A stretch of DNA of 36,540 bases, from the NCBI GenBank assembly GCA_039589035.1, contig JBDHIC010000002.1, forward strand, positions 1 to 36,540, written 5' to 3'. This document shows positions 24,999-33,272 of the stretch, in pieces. Under the pieces are notes generated by a model that did not search any database, was not told where the DNA came from, and saw only the letters and a program-made list of their open reading frames with translations. Each line of letters starts with the position of its first letter. Position 1 is the first letter of the stretch. The stretch is from Gemmatimonadota bacterium (lineage in GTDB: Bacteria > Gemmatimonadota > Gemmatimonadetes > JACCXV01 > JAHWKZ01). The position numbers and the translations under genes are program-made.

Positions 24999-25844
24999 AT
25001 GGAACACTTCACGACCCGCGATGTCACCCGGATCTTAGACCTTCCGGCGGACAAAGTGCGGCGCTACGCGAGGGCCGATTTCATGGCCCCCGAGCGTGGC
25101 CCGCACAACGAGTACCGCTTCACATTCCACGATTTGGTTCTGATGCGAACAGCCCGGGAGCTCGAAGTGGCCGACGTGTCGCCGCGCCGTATCCATCGCG
25201 TACTACGGGATTTGAGAAGCCAGCTTCCAGCCGAGAGGTCACTCACGGCGCTCAGAATTGTCGCCGACGGCGACCGGATCGTAGTCCGAGAGGGTGAGAC
25301 GACCTGGAGTCCCGAGTCGGGCCAGGTCCAGATCGATTTTCGCGTCGCCGATTTCGCTGCTGACGTCGAGCCGTTTGTTGCCGACACAGGGAAGCGACCC
25401 TGGGACGGCGACGATCGAACCGCCGACGACTGGTACGAGCTCGCGTTCTCGCTCGAGGGATCGTCCCCCGACGAGGCCCGCGAGATGTACGCGCGAGCGC
25501 TGGAGCTCGATCCCGATCACGCTGACGCACTGGTGAATCTGGGGCGCCTGTTTCACGAGGACGGGGCCTTCGAGGAGGCCCGCGAGCACTACGAACGGGC
25601 GTTGGGGGTCAATCGAACGCATGCGACCGCGGCCTTCAATCTCGGCGTCGTGCTCGAAGACCTGGAGCAAACCGAGTCAGCCGCCGATGCGTACCGAAAG
25701 GCGATCGAAACTGATCCTGGAATGGCTGACGCCTACTACAACTTGTCCCGGTTGTGCGAGGAGTTTGGGGATCGCTCGGCGGCGCTCAGATACCTGCGCA
25801 GCTACGACCAGCTTACCCGCACGCGCGGGCCACGACCGGGATGA
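24999..25844 (+). CDS. MerR-type HTH protein fused to TPR repeats
   Basis: 'FTTRDVTRILDLPADKVRRYARADFMAPERGPHNEYRFTFHDLVLMRTAREL' (MerR HTH), then three or more TPR units ('ARALELDPDHADALVNLGRLF...', 'AYRKAIETDPGMADAYYNLS'). The stop overlaps the kynA ATG (ATGA). An alternative GTG start at 24954 overlaps the ku end. Confidence 0.7.
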   Translation: MEHFTTRDVTRILDLPADKVRRYARADFMAPERGPHNEYRFTFHDLVLMRTARELEVADVSPRRIHRVLRDLRSQLPAERSLTALRIVADGDRIVVREGETTWSPESGQVQIDFRVADFAADVEPFVADTGKRPWDGDDRTADDWYELAFSLEGSSPDEAREMYARALELDPDHADALVNLGRLFHEDGAFEEAREHYERALGVNRTHATAAFNLGVVLEDLEQTESAADAYRKAIETDPGMADAYYNLSRLCEEFGDRSAALRYLRSYDQLTRTRGPRPG

Positions 25845-26596
25845 CGTTTGCCTACACGAGCTATTTGAAGATCGACGAGTTGCTCGCGCTCCAGGACCCA
25901 CAGAGCGACGAGCACGACGAGATCCTGTTTATCATCATCCACCAGGTGTACGAGCTGTGGTTTAAGCAGCTCCTCCATGAGCTCGATCGTCTATGCCGCT
26001 TGTTGCGTGAGGGGGAAGTGGCGCCCGCGCTTCACACGCTCAAGCGGATCCTGACGATTCTCAAGCTTGCCGTGGCCCAGACCGATATCCTCGAGACGAT
26101 GACGCCACTCGAATTTGTCGCTTTCCGCGATCGATTGGAGACGGCGAGCGGCTCGCAGTCGTTTCAATTCCGCGAGATCGAGTTCTTGCTCGGCCTGAAG
26201 CGGTCTGCTGTGTTAGAAGACTTTGCTCCCGACAGTGAGGATCGGCGCCGATTGAACGCGCGATTGATTGAACCCACCGTTTGGGACGCTTTGGGGAGCT
26301 ATTTGTTGACCGATCTGCTGCAACGCGATGTGACTCAGCCGGTGGAGCCGTCGCCGGGCATGCAGGCGGTGCTGCTGCGGGTATACCGAGAGGACCCGGA
26401 GGCGATGCAGCTCTGCGAGCGGTTGGTGGATCTCGATGAAGGGGTCCAGGAGTGGCGCTACAGGCACGTAAAGATGGTCGAGCGCACGATCGGGGCAAAA
26501 CAGGGAACTGGAGGCTCGAGCGGAGTTCGGTTCTTGCGGCGAACGCTGTTCAACCCGGCATTCCCAGATTTGTGGGCCATTCGGAGCGAGCTCTGA
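25841..26596 (+). CDS. kynA: Tryptophan 2,3-dioxygenase
   Basis: 'YTSYLKIDELLALQDPQSDEHDEILFIIIHQVYELWFKQLLHEL...FRDRL..ASGSQSFQFREIE...WRYRHVKMVERTIGAKQGTGGSSG' is the bacterial TDO pattern. Confidence 0.88.
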   Translation: MTFAYTSYLKIDELLALQDPQSDEHDEILFIIIHQVYELWFKQLLHELDRLCRLLREGEVAPALHTLKRILTILKLAVAQTDILETMTPLEFVAFRDRLETASGSQSFQFREIEFLLGLKRSAVLEDFAPDSEDRRRLNARLIEPTVWDALGSYLLTDLLQRDVTQPVEPSPGMQAVLLRVYREDPEAMQLCERLVDLDEGVQEWRYRHVKMVERTIGAKQGTGGSSGVRFLRRTLFNPAFPDLWAIRSEL

Positions 26597-26600
26597 CGCG

Positions 26601-27797
26601 GTGATTCAAGCCGCGGATCTGTACCATCACCCCAACGCATTGGCGCCCGACTACTCCGAGTTTCGCGTCGGGGAACGGTTACTACTCACCGGGCACTCCC
26701 ACCAAGCGTGGCCCGATCGCGGGTTTGAAGGGCAGCTCCAGGCGTGGCGCGACGCCGCACAACACGTGGACGGGAAGTGGGAGCGTGCGTTCGCAGCTGC
26801 CGAGCGTGTCCGACAAGGTTACGCCGTGTTGCTCGACGACGCGCCAGAGCGGATCGCGTTGGGCGCCAACACCCACGAGCTCTTGGTGCGGTTTCTGTCC
26901 GGGCTGGCGCTACGAGAACGGCCGCGCATCGTGACCACGGATGGCGAGTTTCACACCTTGAGACGACAGCTCGATCGGCTGGCCGAGGAGGCGATCGAGA
27001 TCGTCAAGGTCTCGAGCGCAGCGCCAGACGAGATACCAGAGCGATTGATCGAAGCGGTCGACGACCGAACCGCGGCGGTGTTCGTTTCGTGCGTGCTCTA
27101 CGAGAACGCCCGCATCGTAGCCGGCCTCGGTGATGTGCTCGCAGCCACGCAGCGGGTCGGGGCCGAGCTGGTCGTCGACGCGTATCACGCGCTCAACGTG
27201 GTGCCGTTCTCGCTCGCCAGGGAGGGCTTGGCCGGGGCTTACGTAGTTGGTGGAGGGTATAAGTACTGCCAGCTCGGAGAGGGGAATGCGTTTCTGCGGT
27301 TCCCGGCCGAGTGCGCGATGCGGCCGGTCGTCACCGGCTGGTACAGCGAGTTTTCAGCGCTGTCGGAGGGTTCAGCGCAGGCCGTCGTCTACGGCCGGGG
27401 ACCCGACCGCTTTGCGGGCGCGACCTACGATCCGACCAGCCATTATCGGGCTGCCGCGGTGTTCGATTTCTTCGAGGAGCGACGTTTGACACCGCAGCTT
27501 CTCCGGGAAGTCAGCCAGCACCAGGTGGGATTTCTCGCTGGAGCGTTCGATAGGCTGGACCTGGAGCCGGAACTCGTGACCCGTGATCGGACGACGTCGC
27601 TCGACGGGACGGGTGGCTTCCTGGCGCTGGAGACGCCATACGCCGGTGACATGTGGCGATCTCTGCTCAATCGTGGTGTGCATACCGATTACCGACAGAC
27701 GACGCTACGACTGGGACCCGCGCCCTACCTGTCAGATCATCAGCTTGTCATGGCGATGGACGCGCTCGCCGAGGTCGCGTTCGCGATGCGCGGCTGA
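26601..27797 (+). CDS. kynU: Kynureninase-family PLP enzyme (class V aminotransferase fold)
   Basis: 'VVDAYHALNVVPFSL...GGGYKYCQLGEGNAFLRF' (PLP Lys in YKY), 'TGWYSEF' and 'GVHTDYRQTTLRLGPAPYL' align by eye with Pseudomonas KynU blocks. The N-terminus is divergent. Lies directly downstream of kynA. Confidence 0.7.
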   Translation: MIQAADLYHHPNALAPDYSEFRVGERLLLTGHSHQAWPDRGFEGQLQAWRDAAQHVDGKWERAFAAAERVRQGYAVLLDDAPERIALGANTHELLVRFLSGLALRERPRIVTTDGEFHTLRRQLDRLAEEAIEIVKVSSAAPDEIPERLIEAVDDRTAAVFVSCVLYENARIVAGLGDVLAATQRVGAELVVDAYHALNVVPFSLAREGLAGAYVVGGGYKYCQLGEGNAFLRFPAECAMRPVVTGWYSEFSALSEGSAQAVVYGRGPDRFAGATYDPTSHYRAAAVFDFFEERRLTPQLLREVSQHQVGFLAGAFDRLDLEPELVTRDRTTSLDGTGGFLALETPYAGDMWRSLLNRGVHTDYRQTTLRLGPAPYLSDHQLVMAMDALAEVAFAMRG

Positions 27798-27802
27798 GAC
27801 GA

Positions 27803-29332
27803 CTACGGTGAGTGGTCGCGGCGTAGCTGTCCGCGATCGACCTTGCCGAGGTGGGTTCGCGGCAACGCTTCCAAGAATACAACCGCGCGTGGGTACTTGT
27901 ACGGGTCGAGGCGGTGGCGTACGAACTCTTGCAGTTCGGTGCCCAGCTCTGTGCCCGGTTCGCTGGCGACCACGAAGGCGTGTGGTTTGATGAGGCCGGT
28001 GCCGTCCTGAATACCCACCACCGCCACGTCTTCCACGGCCGAGTGCTCGCGGAGACAGCTCTCGACCTCCTGCGGCGAGAGCCACTTTCCCGACACCTTG
28101 AGCATGTCGTCGGAGCGGCCGGAGTAGATAAATGTCCCGTCCCGATTGCGACTCACCATGTCGCCGGACACGTACCACTCACCGCGAAACGCACGTTGGG
28201 TTTTTTCCATCGCTTGCCAGTAGCCGATTGCCCGCGACCCACCGCGCACCCAGAGCCAACCGATCTCGCCGTCTGCGAGCTCGTTTCCGTCGTCGTCGCA
28301 GACCTGGACCTCGAACCCAGGCACAGCCCTGCCCAGCGTGCCGGGCCGCACATCACCGGGTCGATTCGAGATAAAGATGTGCCACATCTCAGCCGTGCCG
28401 AGTCCATCCAGAAGCTCGACACCGAACAACTCGTTCCAGCGCTCATGCAGCGGGATCGGCAGCGCCTCGCCGGCCGAGGTAGCGAACCGGAGGCACGACA
28501 AGTCCTCGTCGGCGGCTGACGGATGATTGACCATCCGATCGACCATCGTGGGCACATTGACGAGAATCGTCGGTCTAAAGCGGCTGACCCTCTCGAACAG
28601 CGCTTCAGGCGTGCACCGATCGGGAAACAAGACCGTGGCTGCGCCGACAGCAAACGGAAACAACAGATTCGAACCGGTGGCATAACCGAAGAACAGCTTG
28701 GGGACCGACAGGGTGACGTCATCCGGTTTGTAACCGAGCGTTTGCTTGGCATAGCACTCGGTGGTGTTTGCAAACGACCGATGGGTCTGCACGACCGCCT
28801 TGGGTTGGCCCGTCGTTCCACCGGAGAAGAGCCAGATCGCAGGATCGTCACAATGGGTGTGGAAGTTCTCGAGCGTCGGAAGAGCGTCCTTCAGCTGATC
28901 GGCAAAATAAGGGCGGCCGACGACGAGCATCGTGTCCAGGTGCGGTGCCGTCTCGGCGGCCGAGGCGAACCGCTGGTGCGCGTCTTCATGCACGATCGCG
29001 AGTCGGGCTCGCGTGTAGTTGAGGAAGTACGTGATGGCTTCTGGTTTGAGGTCCGGGTTGACCATCACGACCACCGCGCCAATCTTGAGGATGCCGAATA
29101 GAGCGGCGACGAACTCGGGTCCGTCGGGTAAACCGATGATGACCCGCTGCTCGGGCTCGACTCCGGCTTGACGAAGTAGGTTCCCGAACTTGTTGGCGAG
29201 GGCTTGGATCTCAGCGTAGGTGTACCGCGCGTCGTCGGTCAGCACCGCTTTGCGATCTCCTAGCCCTTCTGCGGTACGGGCGTCCAGGAAGTACTCAGCG
29301 ATGTTGAGATCCGGTGGTGGTCGGTACGACAT
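27803..29332 (-). CDS. Benzoate-CoA-ligase-family aryl-CoA ligase (probable 2-aminobenzoate/anthranilate-CoA ligase)
   Basis: Start at ATG 29332 (MSYRPPPDLNIAEYFLD). AMP-binding motifs 'LFSGGTTGQPK', 'GYATG', 'GTAEM', 'YVSGD...GRSDDMLKVSGKW'. Context next to kynAU and the aminobenzoyl-CoA oxygenase. Confidence 0.8.
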   Translation of the reverse strand: MSYRPPPDLNIAEYFLDARTAEGLGDRKAVLTDDARYTYAEIQALANKFGNLLRQAGVEPEQRVIIGLPDGPEFVAALFGILKIGAVVVMVNPDLKPEAITYFLNYTRARLAIVHEDAHQRFASAAETAPHLDTMLVVGRPYFADQLKDALPTLENFHTHCDDPAIWLFSGGTTGQPKAVVQTHRSFANTTECYAKQTLGYKPDDVTLSVPKLFFGYATGSNLLFPFAVGAATVLFPDRCTPEALFERVSRFRPTILVNVPTMVDRMVNHPSAADEDLSCLRFATSAGEALPIPLHERWNELFGVELLDGLGTAEMWHIFISNRPGDVRPGTLGRAVPGFEVQVCDDDGNELADGEIGWLWVRGGSRAIGYWQAMEKTQRAFRGEWYVSGDMVSRNRDGTFIYSGRSDDMLKVSGKWLSPQEVESCLREHSAVEDVAVVGIQDGTGLIKPHAFVVASEPGTELGTELQEFVRHRLDPYKYPRAVVFLEALPRTHLGKVDRGQLRRDHSP

Positions 29333-29380
29333 CCGCCGATGATACGCAGTAGGTGAGCGCGGGGAAAGGCGAGTGCGGTG

Positions 29381-30139
29381 ATGCGGCGATTGGCAGAAGT
29401 AACGTGGGAAGAGGCGCGGGAGCTGGGTCAGGAGAGGGCGATCGCCATCCTCCCAGTGGGCGCGATCGAGGCCCACGGTCCGCACCTACCGTTGATGACC
29501 GATGTTGTGATCGCCGACGCGATGGCTGTCGCCGCCGCCGAGGAGTTGGTGGATCGCGGCCGGCGGGTCGTGGTTTTGCCACCGCTCTGCTACACGGCGG
29601 CCGGTTTCGCGGTCGGCTTTGCGGGAACGATATCGGTATCGCCCGCGACCGTGACTGCGACGATCGTCGATGTCGCGCGGAGCCTCGCTCGTCACGGGTT
29701 CCCAACGCTGGCGATAGCCAACGCGCATCTCGATCCAGACCACGTCGCAGCGCTGCATGCTGCAGTCGACGCGTGCGGCGATGAGGCGATTCAAGTCATC
29801 TTCCCGGATATCACTAGAAAACCGTGGGCACTCGAGCTGACCGAGGAGTTCCAGAGTGGCGCGTGTCACGCGGGTCGGTACGAGAGCTCGATCGTGATGG
29901 CTGCGGATCCGAGCCTCGTGGCGGATGATCGCCGCCGCGGGCTGGCGCCAAACCCGACCTCGCTCTCCGCGGCGATCCGGGCCGGTCAGAAGACGTTCGA
30001 GAAAGCCGGTGGTCCGGCGGCTTATTTTGGCGATCCGGCGGCAGCCAGCGAAGAAGAGGGCCAAAGCACGATTCACGTATTGGGGTCGATCTTGGTGCAA
30101 GCGATCGAAGAGGGGAGCGAACACGCCGATGCGACTTGA
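29381..30139 (+). CDS. Creatininase-family metal-dependent amidohydrolase
   Basis: 'ILPVGAIEAHGPHLPLMTD', 'IANAHLDP' and 'CHAGRYESS' correspond to the creatininase/ArfB/MftE family metal-ligand blocks. Confidence 0.8.
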   Translation: MRRLAEVTWEEARELGQERAIAILPVGAIEAHGPHLPLMTDVVIADAMAVAAAEELVDRGRRVVVLPPLCYTAAGFAVGFAGTISVSPATVTATIVDVARSLARHGFPTLAIANAHLDPDHVAALHAAVDACGDEAIQVIFPDITRKPWALELTEEFQSGACHAGRYESSIVMAADPSLVADDRRRGLAPNPTSLSAAIRAGQKTFEKAGGPAAYFGDPAAASEEEGQSTIHVLGSILVQAIEEGSEHADAT

Positions 30140-30905
30140 CGGCAAGACCGCAGTGGTAACGGGTGGCGGGCGCGGGATCGGTGCGGCTATCGCCCGAGCG
30201 CTCGCCGAGGCTGGAGCAGCGGTGGTGGTAGCGGCTCGTTCGGAGGCCGAGGTCGAGGCGGTTGCGGCCGAGATCACCCAGGGGGGCCATACCGCTTCGG
30301 CGATGACGTGTGATGTGACCGACCGCGAGAGTGTAAAGCGTTTGGCAGACGGGGCTGCCGAGGCCGGAGATGGCGTTGAGATCTTGATCAACAACGCCGG
30401 CATCGCGGAGGCCGCACCGCTGGCGAAAACCACACTCGAGGATTGGAACCGCGTGCTGGCGAGCAATGCCAGCGGGACGTTTCTATGTACCCGCGCGTTT
30501 GTGGGTTCGATGGTCGACCGTGGCTGGGGGCGGATCGTCAATGTCGCATCGATCGCCGGGCTCAGCGGGGCGAAGAACATCGCGGCTTATGGGGCCGCGA
30601 AGCATGCCGTCGTCGGTCTGACCCGCAGCGTAGCGGTCGAGCTGGCTGCGACCGGCGTCACAGTCAATGCGTTGTGTCCGGGTTATGTGAACACCGACAT
30701 GACGGCGGCCTGGCTCAAGCGCAACATGAAGCAGACCGGTTGTTCACGCGAGGATACCCTGGCGGCGATGTTGAAATCGGCCCGGCAAACCAGGCTGATC
30801 GAACCGATGGAGGTCGCCGATGCAGCCGTCTGGCTGTGTGGTGAGGGCGCGAGGGGCGTCAATGGCCAAGCGATCGTCATCGACGGTGGAGGGTTGGTGG
30901 CTTGA
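30129..30905 (+). CDS. Short-chain dehydrogenase/reductase (3-hydroxyacyl-CoA / 3-oxoacyl reductase-like)
   Basis: 'GKTAVVTGGGRGIGAAIA', 'NNAG' and 'SIAG...YGAAKHAV' (catalytic YxxxK). The start overlaps the previous gene by 11 nt. Confidence 0.85.
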   Translation: MRLDGKTAVVTGGGRGIGAAIARALAEAGAAVVVAARSEAEVEAVAAEITQGGHTASAMTCDVTDRESVKRLADGAAEAGDGVEILINNAGIAEAAPLAKTTLEDWNRVLASNASGTFLCTRAFVGSMVDRGWGRIVNVASIAGLSGAKNIAAYGAAKHAVVGLTRSVAVELAATGVTVNALCPGYVNTDMTAAWLKRNMKQTGCSREDTLAAMLKSARQTRLIEPMEVADAAVWLCGEGARGVNGQAIVIDGGGLVA

Positions 30906-31318
30906 GCTTCGAGGTCGTAAACCCAGATGAACTAGGACGGCCCAAGGGGTGGAACAACGGCCTGCTCGCACCAGCGGGTGGGCGAATCCTGTTTGTCGCC
31001 GGACAAGTCGGGAGTGATCGGGCGGGGCAAGTCGAACCTTCCGGATTTGTCGAGCAGTTCGGCCGAGCCCTCGAGAATGTGTTGACCGTCGTGCGCCATG
31101 CCGGTGGGGAACCCGAGGACATCGGGCGGCTGACGATCTACGTCACCGATCGCGAGGAGTACCTGGCCAGCCGCAAACCCCTGGGTGAGAGGTACAGAGC
31201 GCTCATGGGGACCCACTACCCGGCGATCGCACTGGTCGAGGTGGACGGCTTGGTCGAGGAAAACGCGGTTGTCGAGATCGAGGCGACCGCGGTCCTATCG
31301 GAAAAAGGGGTGTCGTGA
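30902..31318 (+). CDS. RidA/YjgF/RutC-family enamine/imine deaminase
   Basis: 138 aa. 'ILFVAGQVG...' and 'PAIALVEVDGLVEENAVVEIEATAV' are typical of the YjgF fold. TTGA overlap with the SDR stop. Confidence 0.75.
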   Translation: MSFEVVNPDELGRPKGWNNGLLAPAGGRILFVAGQVGSDRAGQVEPSGFVEQFGRALENVLTVVRHAGGEPEDIGRLTIYVTDREEYLASRKPLGERYRALMGTHYPAIALVEVDGLVEENAVVEIEATAVLSEKGVS

Positions 31319-32118
31319 TGTTGGACCCCGGATCGTTTCTGTACGCGGTCGATAGTGATACCGGGGTGGCGACGATCACGCTCAATCGTCCCGATCGTCT
31401 GAATGCGCTGACGTTCGAAGTGTACGAAGAGCTGACCGACACGTTCCGGCGCATCGACCAGGAGATAGATGTAAGAGTTGTCGTCATCACTGGTGCTGGA
31501 CGAGCGTTCTGTTCAGGTGGTGACGTTGAAGACATCATCGGCGGGTTGTTCGATCGTGACGCCGAGGGGCTGTTGGCGTTTACGCGTTTGACGTGTGATC
31601 TGATAGAGGCGATTCGGTCGTGCAAGCGACCGGTAATCGCTGCCTTAAACGGCACGGTTGCCGGCGCCGGCGCGGTGATCGCGACCGCATGTGACGTTCG
31701 TATCGCCGACGAATCAGCCAAGATCGCATTCCTGTTCACCAAGGTCGGGTTATCGGGAGCGGACATGGGTGCGGCGTGGCTGCTGCCGCGGGTGGTCGGC
31801 TGGGGTCGAGCGACTGAGCTATTGATGACCGGCGACTTCATTGACGCCCACGAGGCGTATCGGATCGGCCTCTACAATCGCGTTATTGCAGGCGGCTCTG
31901 ACGTCGTGGCCGAGGCGCAGTCGTTCGCGGCCCGCTTGGCGGCTGGTCCGTCAGAGGCGCTGGCGGTTACCAAGGCGGCGCTCAACACCGAGGCGTCGAT
32001 GGATCTCGGCGCGGCTCTGGAGGCGGAGGCTCGGGCTCAAGCTGGCTGCATGCAACACCCCAACTTCAAGGAAGCATACGCGGCGTTCCGTGAAAAGCGG
32101 AAGCCGCGCTTCACGTAA
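31315..32118 (+). CDS. Enoyl-CoA hydratase/isomerase (crotonase) family
   Basis: 'ATITLNRPDRLNALT', 'VVVITGAGRAFCSGGDV' and 'AALNGTVAGAGAVIATACD'. GTGA overlap with RidA. Confidence 0.88.
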   Translation: MMLDPGSFLYAVDSDTGVATITLNRPDRLNALTFEVYEELTDTFRRIDQEIDVRVVVITGAGRAFCSGGDVEDIIGGLFDRDAEGLLAFTRLTCDLIEAIRSCKRPVIAALNGTVAGAGAVIATACDVRIADESAKIAFLFTKVGLSGADMGAAWLLPRVVGWGRATELLMTGDFIDAHEAYRIGLYNRVIAGGSDVVAEAQSFAARLAAGPSEALAVTKAALNTEASMDLGAALEAEARAQAGCMQHPNFKEAYAAFREKRKPRFT

Positions 32119-32123
32119 TCGGC

Positions 32124-33272
32124 GTGCCCGACGTCGCCACGGTCCGAGCGTTTCTCGAAGACGAACACGTGCAGCTGGCGGAAGACGTTTCACGGTTCGT
32201 GGGCGCGGAACTCGCTCCGTTTCCTGAACCACCCGATGACCCGGCTTGCCGTCTGCAAGCGCGCGAGATACTCGCGCTGGTGGGTGAGGCCGGCTGGTTC
32301 CGACCGATCGAGCGTCAGGATCTACGCGGTTGTTCGCTTGTGCGGGAGGCGTTGGCTAGCGTGTCGCCGCTCGCGGATGCGGTTTTCGCCCTCCAAGGGT
32401 TGAGTGCAACTCCGATCCTGTTGGCTGGCAGTAAAGGACTGCGAGAGAAGTGGCTCGAGCCCGCCTGTGCGGGCCGTGTGATGGGCGCTTTCGCAATGAC
32501 TGAGACCGAGGCCGGCTCGGATGTATCGTCGCTGGCGACCACCGCTCAGCGTGATGGCGACGAGTACGTCCTGGACGGGGCCAAGACGCTGATCTCCAAC
32601 GCCGGCATCGCCGACTTCTATACCGTGTTCGCGGCTACTGATCGCGATCGTGGCGCCAAAGGGATCTCGTGCTTCGTCGTGGGGGCCGATCAATCGGGAT
32701 TCGAGTTTGTCGGGCCTCAGATCATGAGCGCGCCTCACCCACTGGGCGAGATCCGATTTGATGGCTGCCGTGTCAGCAGGGACGCTCGTCTGGGAGAGGA
32801 AGGGGAGGGGTTCAAGCTTGGGCTAGCGACCCTCGATCAGCTGCGGACCACCGTGGGCGCCGCGGCGTGCGGCATGGCTGAGCGCGCCCTCGCAGAAGCC
32901 CGCGGACACTCGCTCGAGCGGGTCCAGTTCGGCAAGCCGCTGGCCGAGTTCCAGATCGTGCGTCAGAAGCTGGCGCGGATGGCGGTTGGACTCGCCGCAT
33001 CGCGACTGCTCGTCTACCGCGCCGCATGGGAAAAGGATCGAGGCGCCGCCCGCGTGACGGTTGAATCGGCGATGGCCAAGGCGTTCGCCACCGAGGAAGC
33101 CCAGCGCATCGTCGATGACGCGGTGCAGTTGGTAGGCGGTCGCGGTGTGGTCGCCGACCATCCGGTTGACCGGCTCTATCGGTCCGTTCGAGCGCTTCGG
33201 ATTTACGAGGGTACGACCGAGATCCAGCACCTCATCATCGCCCGCCACCTGTTGCAAGACGAAGGCTCGTGA
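32124..33272 (+). CDS. Acyl-CoA dehydrogenase
   Basis: '[15 protein letters not shown]', '[12 protein letters not shown]' and C-terminal '[19 protein letters not shown]'. Confidence 0.88.
   Translation: MPDVATVRAFLEDEHVQLAEDVSRFVGAELAPFPEPPDDPACRLQAREILALVGEAGWFRPIERQDLRGCSLVREALASVSPLADAVFALQGLSATPILLAGSKGLREKWLEPACAGRVMGAFAMTETEAGSDVSSLATTAQRDGDEYVLDGAKTLISNAGIADFYTVFAATDRDRGAKGISCFVVGADQSGFEFVGPQIMSAPHPLGEIRFDGCRVSRDARLGEEGEGFKLGLATLDQLRTTVGAAACGMAERALAEARGHSLERVQFGKPLAEFQIVRQKLARMAVGLAASRLLVYRAAWEKDRGAARVTVESAMAKAFATEEAQRIVDDAVQLVGGRGVVADHPVDRLYRSVRALRIYEGTTEIQHLIIARHLLQDEGS

Noticed and set aside
29486-30580. 364-aa antisense ORF across the creatininase and SDR genes. Others occur at 31203..31841, 32322..32738, 33320..33832 and 20369..21079.
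   Set aside because: Shadow ORFs opposite well-supported genes, with biased Arg/Ser/Pro composition and no recognisable motifs.
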